Below are positions 52,771-55,982 of a stretch of DNA of 55,982 nucleotides, piece by piece. Below the pieces are notes generated by a model. The model did not search any database and had not been told where the DNA came from. It was given only the letters and a program-made list of their open reading frames with translations. Numbering within the stretch: position 1 is the first letter of the stretch; every line of letters begins with the position of its first letter. The DNA comes from Phycisphaera mikurensis (GTDB lineage Bacteria; Planctomycetota; Phycisphaerae; WQYP01), in NCBI GenBank assembly GCA_022730455.1, contig DZDI01000004.1:1-55982 (forward strand). Reading direction: 5' to 3'. A program made the position numbers and the translations under genes.

Positions 52771-53243
52771 CAAAACGCGATTTTATTAACATAATTCATT
52801 TTGATACAACATGATATATTTTTCACCGCGCAACGGGGCAAGAATGAATTGGCGCTCGATGAGTGCTGCAGCATCTGCCATTGTGACAGGTAAAAGCGCC
52901 CGATTCCGCGCTCATAATACACGTTTCACAGGTAAATAAAATTGCAATTAGCGCAGGATAAACAATCGAATGAGACTTATGCCCGCTGGTTTGATACGAT
53001 AAGGGCAGCGGCGCAGTCGGCCAGATACCGATGGCAAAGTTTTTTGAAGGCTGCTTTTTTGCACGTTGTATTGGAAGTTGAACGCAATTCTTCAAGGCAT
53101 GGACGCCATCACGGCGGGTACTGCTTCAAAATAAATAGGTTCAATGGGCCGTCGAATGGCGGTGCTTATGTTGTTCCGCAGGCAGCTATTGGGTCGATAA
53201 TACCAACAGGCGGCAGCGGGTTTGTGTATGGAGCCACGAATTG

Positions 53244-54605
53244 ATGCGCGATTCCTCAAAGCAGAAAAAATATTTTGTTCTGGACACCAGCGTTCTGCTG
53301 CATAATCCGGCGGCGCTGTTTTCGTTTGATGACAACGAAGTGGTCATACCGTTTGATGTACTTGAGGAACTCGATAAATTCAAAAAAGACACCAATGACG
53401 TGGGCCGTAATGCCCGGACGGTGATTCGTCATCTCGACCAATTGCGGCAGAAAGGGCATTTAAGCGAGGGGGTGGAATGGAACGGCCACCACGGGTTGAT
53501 CCGCGTGGCAATGGAGCACACCAGCGTACCGAGCCTGAGCGAAGCGGTGCCGGACAACCGGATCATAGCGGCGGCGTGGCGGCTGAAGCAAGAAAACAAG
53601 CCGGTGATATTCATCAGTAAGGACATTAACGCACGCATTAAATCGGACGCGCTGGGCATTGCGGCGGAAGATTATGAATCGCAAAAGGTGGATTACGAAT
53701 CGCTCTACTCCGGTTTCCGTGAACTGGAGGTGGAAAGTCCAGTCATCGAGCGGCTTTACAACGAAAAGCGGTTACCCCTGGCCAGCACGTTTCTGGGCAA
53801 GCTGGACCCGCCGCTGTCACCCAATGAATATGTATTATTTAAAAATGTGGATGCGCCGGATGACGCCAGCAAGACGGGCTTGGCCCGATATGTACCATCC
53901 ACCGGGTCCGTACTGGCCTTGACGCGGATGAAAAAGGCCTGCTTTGGCATATTGCCGCGGAACGTTCAGCAGATTATGGCGCTTGATCTGCTGCTGGATG
54001 ACGACGTACAGATGGTTACGTTGATGGGCACGGCGGGTACGGGTAAAACCCTGCTGGCCCTGGCCGCCGGCATGACCAAATGCTTCAATGAGCAGCGTTA
54101 CGAGCGGTTGCTGGTGGCGCGGCCGATCATGCCGCTTGGAAAAGATATTGGTTTTTTGCCCGGCAGCAAGGATGAAAAGCTGGCTGCGTGGATGCAACCC
54201 ATATTCGACAACTTGGAGTTTTTGCTTACTGATCGGCGGGTGCATTCCGCGGAATCTGCGAACGTTGAAGCTAAATTAAAACAGTTGGTGGAAACCGGCA
54301 AAGTGGTGCTTGAGGCACTGACGTATATCCGAGGCCGCAGCATTCCGCATCAGTTTATGATTGTGGATGAAGCACAAAACCTGACACCGCATGAGATCAA
54401 GACTATCGCCAGCCGGGTGGGTGAAGGCACAAAAATTGTGCTTACCGGCGACGCCGAGCAGATTGATAACCCCTATCTGGACGCCAATTCCAATGGGCTC
54501 TCGTTTACGATTGAAAAATTAAAAGCGTCGGATTTGGTGGGACACGTCACACTGGAAAGGCCGGAGCGCAGCAGCCTGGCCACGCTGGTGGTCAAAGAGC
54601 TTTAA
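53244..54605 (+). CDS. PIN-PhoH (PhoH2/YlaK-like) protein
   Basis: PIN FVLDTSVLLH...EELD...DNRI...SKDIN; P-loop GTAGTGKT; YIRGRS; DEAQN; TGD. Confidence 0.93.
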   Translation: MRDSSKQKKYFVLDTSVLLHNPAALFSFDDNEVVIPFDVLEELDKFKKDTNDVGRNARTVIRHLDQLRQKGHLSEGVEWNGHHGLIRVAMEHTSVPSLSEAVPDNRIIAAAWRLKQENKPVIFISKDINARIKSDALGIAAEDYESQKVDYESLYSGFRELEVESPVIERLYNEKRLPLASTFLGKLDPPLSPNEYVLFKNVDAPDDASKTGLARYVPSTGSVLALTRMKKACFGILPRNVQQIMALDLLLDDDVQMVTLMGTAGTGKTLLALAAGMTKCFNEQRYERLLVARPIMPLGKDIGFLPGSKDEKLAAWMQPIFDNLEFLLTDRRVHSAESANVEAKLKQLVETGKVVLEALTYIRGRSIPHQFMIVDEAQNLTPHEIKTIASRVGEGTKIVLTGDAEQIDNPYLDANSNGLSFTIEKLKASDLVGHVTLERPERSSLATLVVKEL

Positions 54606-55915
54606 TCCTTCGGCGATTTTACCGCGATCCGCCCGTGGCTTTCGCCACGGCTACTGGCCAGCAGGCCGCCGTCCGCCATTTCACGAAACGGCGAATTCGT
54701 ACGGACGCTGTTGCGAAACTCACCGGGCGTATGGCCGGTGCGCCGTCTGAATAAGGTGGAGAGCTGAGGTGCACTTCGCAGCCCGACCTTTTCGGCAATC
54801 TTTTCCAGTGACCAGTTGGTTTCCAGCAATAAATTTGTGATATTAGCCGTAAGCACACTGAGAATCTCATCCTTGGGCGACCTATTAAGCACATCCTTAA
54901 ATCGATGTTCCAACCAACTGCGCGATACAGATTTTGTAGTGGCGGCAAGGTGATCGAGAATGCGTTCCACAGTAATTCGGCACCCGGCATTTTCACGGAT
55001 AAAACGCAGGGCCGCAGCCAAAACTGGATCATCAACCGCCACGATATCCGTACTACGGCGGGTGACAACCCTGATCGGTGAAACCAAAATTTCCTTTTCC
55101 ACTGAACCGGTCCCGGCCATCATAGCGGCCAGCGTCTCCGCTGCCATATAACCGATACGCTCCGTGGCGGGTGCCACGCTGGACAATGGTGGATTGGCGA
55201 GTTCGCACAACACATCGTCGTTATCAAAGCCGACGACGGCAACTTGATCCGGCACCAATAGATGACTGCACCGGCAGGCATTGAGCACTTGCTGCCCGCG
55301 AATATCGTTACACGCCATGACACCGACTGGCTTGGGCAAACTGATCAACCAATCCTCCAGCTCTGCCTCGTGCAGGAGCGATTGGGCTTCAATTGCGGCG
55401 ATCCGCATGCCGGATCGAACCCTGTCGCCCTCATAGACGGCGATTTTTCGATCAGAAATGCCGATGGCTTGGATAAAATAATCTCTTAAATGCTCGGAAT
55501 AATCGGCACCGGCGAATCCACAGAAGGCAAAATGACGCAAGCCTCGTGCCCGCAGGTGTTCCCACGCCAACTCTGCGGTGCGCTGCTCGTTGTTGCAAAT
55601 CCGCGGAATCTTGGAATGAGGGTGGATTCCCCGCAAATCAACGGCCGGTATCTTTCGGCTTCGGATGTAATTCAATTCTTCGCGTGTTTCAATGCGAGCA
55701 ATGATGCCATCACATTTCGCCTTTACCAGCCAAGGCGGAATGGAATCACCAAGCATGCGCTCCTGGTACAGTATGGACCAGTTGTCATGAACGCGTATGA
55801 ACTTGGCAATGCCACGGAGAAGGCCCCGACCGTACACCCGGGAGGATTCAATCAATAGCCCGACGGTTTTTCTGGGAGAACCGGAGTCAAGCGGGGTTAC
55901 GACTGCCTTCGCCAA
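54602..55915 (-). CDS. XylR-type regulator (periplasmic-binding fold plus AraC HTH)
   Basis: LLIESSRVYGRGLLRGIAKF, DGIIARI, LPKPVGVMACND, VPDQVAVVGFDND, RRSTD, TPGEFR. Confidence 0.93.
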   Translation of the reverse strand: MAKAVVTPLDSGSPRKTVGLLIESSRVYGRGLLRGIAKFIRVHDNWSILYQERMLGDSIPPWLVKAKCDGIIARIETREELNYIRSRKIPAVDLRGIHPHSKIPRICNNEQRTAELAWEHLRARGLRHFAFCGFAGADYSEHLRDYFIQAIGISDRKIAVYEGDRVRSGMRIAAIEAQSLLHEAELEDWLISLPKPVGVMACNDIRGQQVLNACRCSHLLVPDQVAVVGFDNDDVLCELANPPLSSVAPATERIGYMAAETLAAMMAGTGSVEKEILVSPIRVVTRRSTDIVAVDDPVLAAALRFIRENAGCRITVERILDHLAATTKSVSRSWLEHRFKDVLNRSPKDEILSVLTANITNLLLETNWSLEKIAEKVGLRSAPQLSTLFRRRTGHTPGEFRNSVRTNSPFREMADGGLLASSRGESHGRIAVKSPKD

Positions 55916-55940
55916 TCAGCTTAGGATGCGGTAATAAATA

Positions 55941-55962
55941 AAGGTAGCAAGAAGGTAGCAAG
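55941..55962. repeat. Perfect 11-bp tandem repeat upstream of the XylR-type gene
   Basis: AAGGTAGCAAG x2. Confidence 0.7.
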
Positions 55963-55982
55963 TATGTCTTAACGATTGGGGG

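Noticed and set aside
52942-53244. 100-aa ORF coupled (TGATG) to PIN-PhoH as a PhoAT-like antitoxin
   Set aside because: TTG start without RBS, no RHH/AbrB pattern, composition not protein-like
1-55982. CRISPR arrays, tRNA/rRNA, prophage, inteins in RpoB/RpoC, defence systems
   Set aside because: No regularly spaced repeats, cloverleafs, phage or defence domains, or intein motifs seen

Overview
56-kb chromosomal window from a planctomycete, probably Phycisphaerae. The assignment rests on the RpoB rifampicin-region signature [17 protein letters not shown]...THERRLS, a DUF1559/H-X9-DG pilin-like protein, a FlgI-like/HEAT lipoprotein and a PEP-CTERM protein; these were recognised by eye, not by database search. 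Most genes are housekeeping (guaA, purA, panB, uppS, murQ, nrdR, ptsI, rpoBC, rplAJL), alongside a sugar-utilisation patch (GH27, GH116, esterase-SMP30 fusion, two XylR-type regulators). The most unusual features are non-coding or architectural. (1) The near-universal rplK-rplA-rplJ-rplL-rpoB-rpoC cluster is broken: rpoBC and rplAJL are divergent from back-to-back sigma70 promoters, rplK is absent, and rplA has a ~490-nt hairpin-dense leader containing a segment that resembles the 23S L1 stalk. (2) A self-contained ~95-nt candidate sRNA (ECF-type promoter, hairpin, CU-rich anti-SD tract, intrinsic terminator) converges on a porin gene. (3) A 142-bp IS66-like MITE sits directly at the start of an ECF sigma gene. 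IS4 remnants and an Hsp20 pseudogene with a decayed CIRCE-like site are also present. No tRNA, rRNA or CRISPR array was seen.
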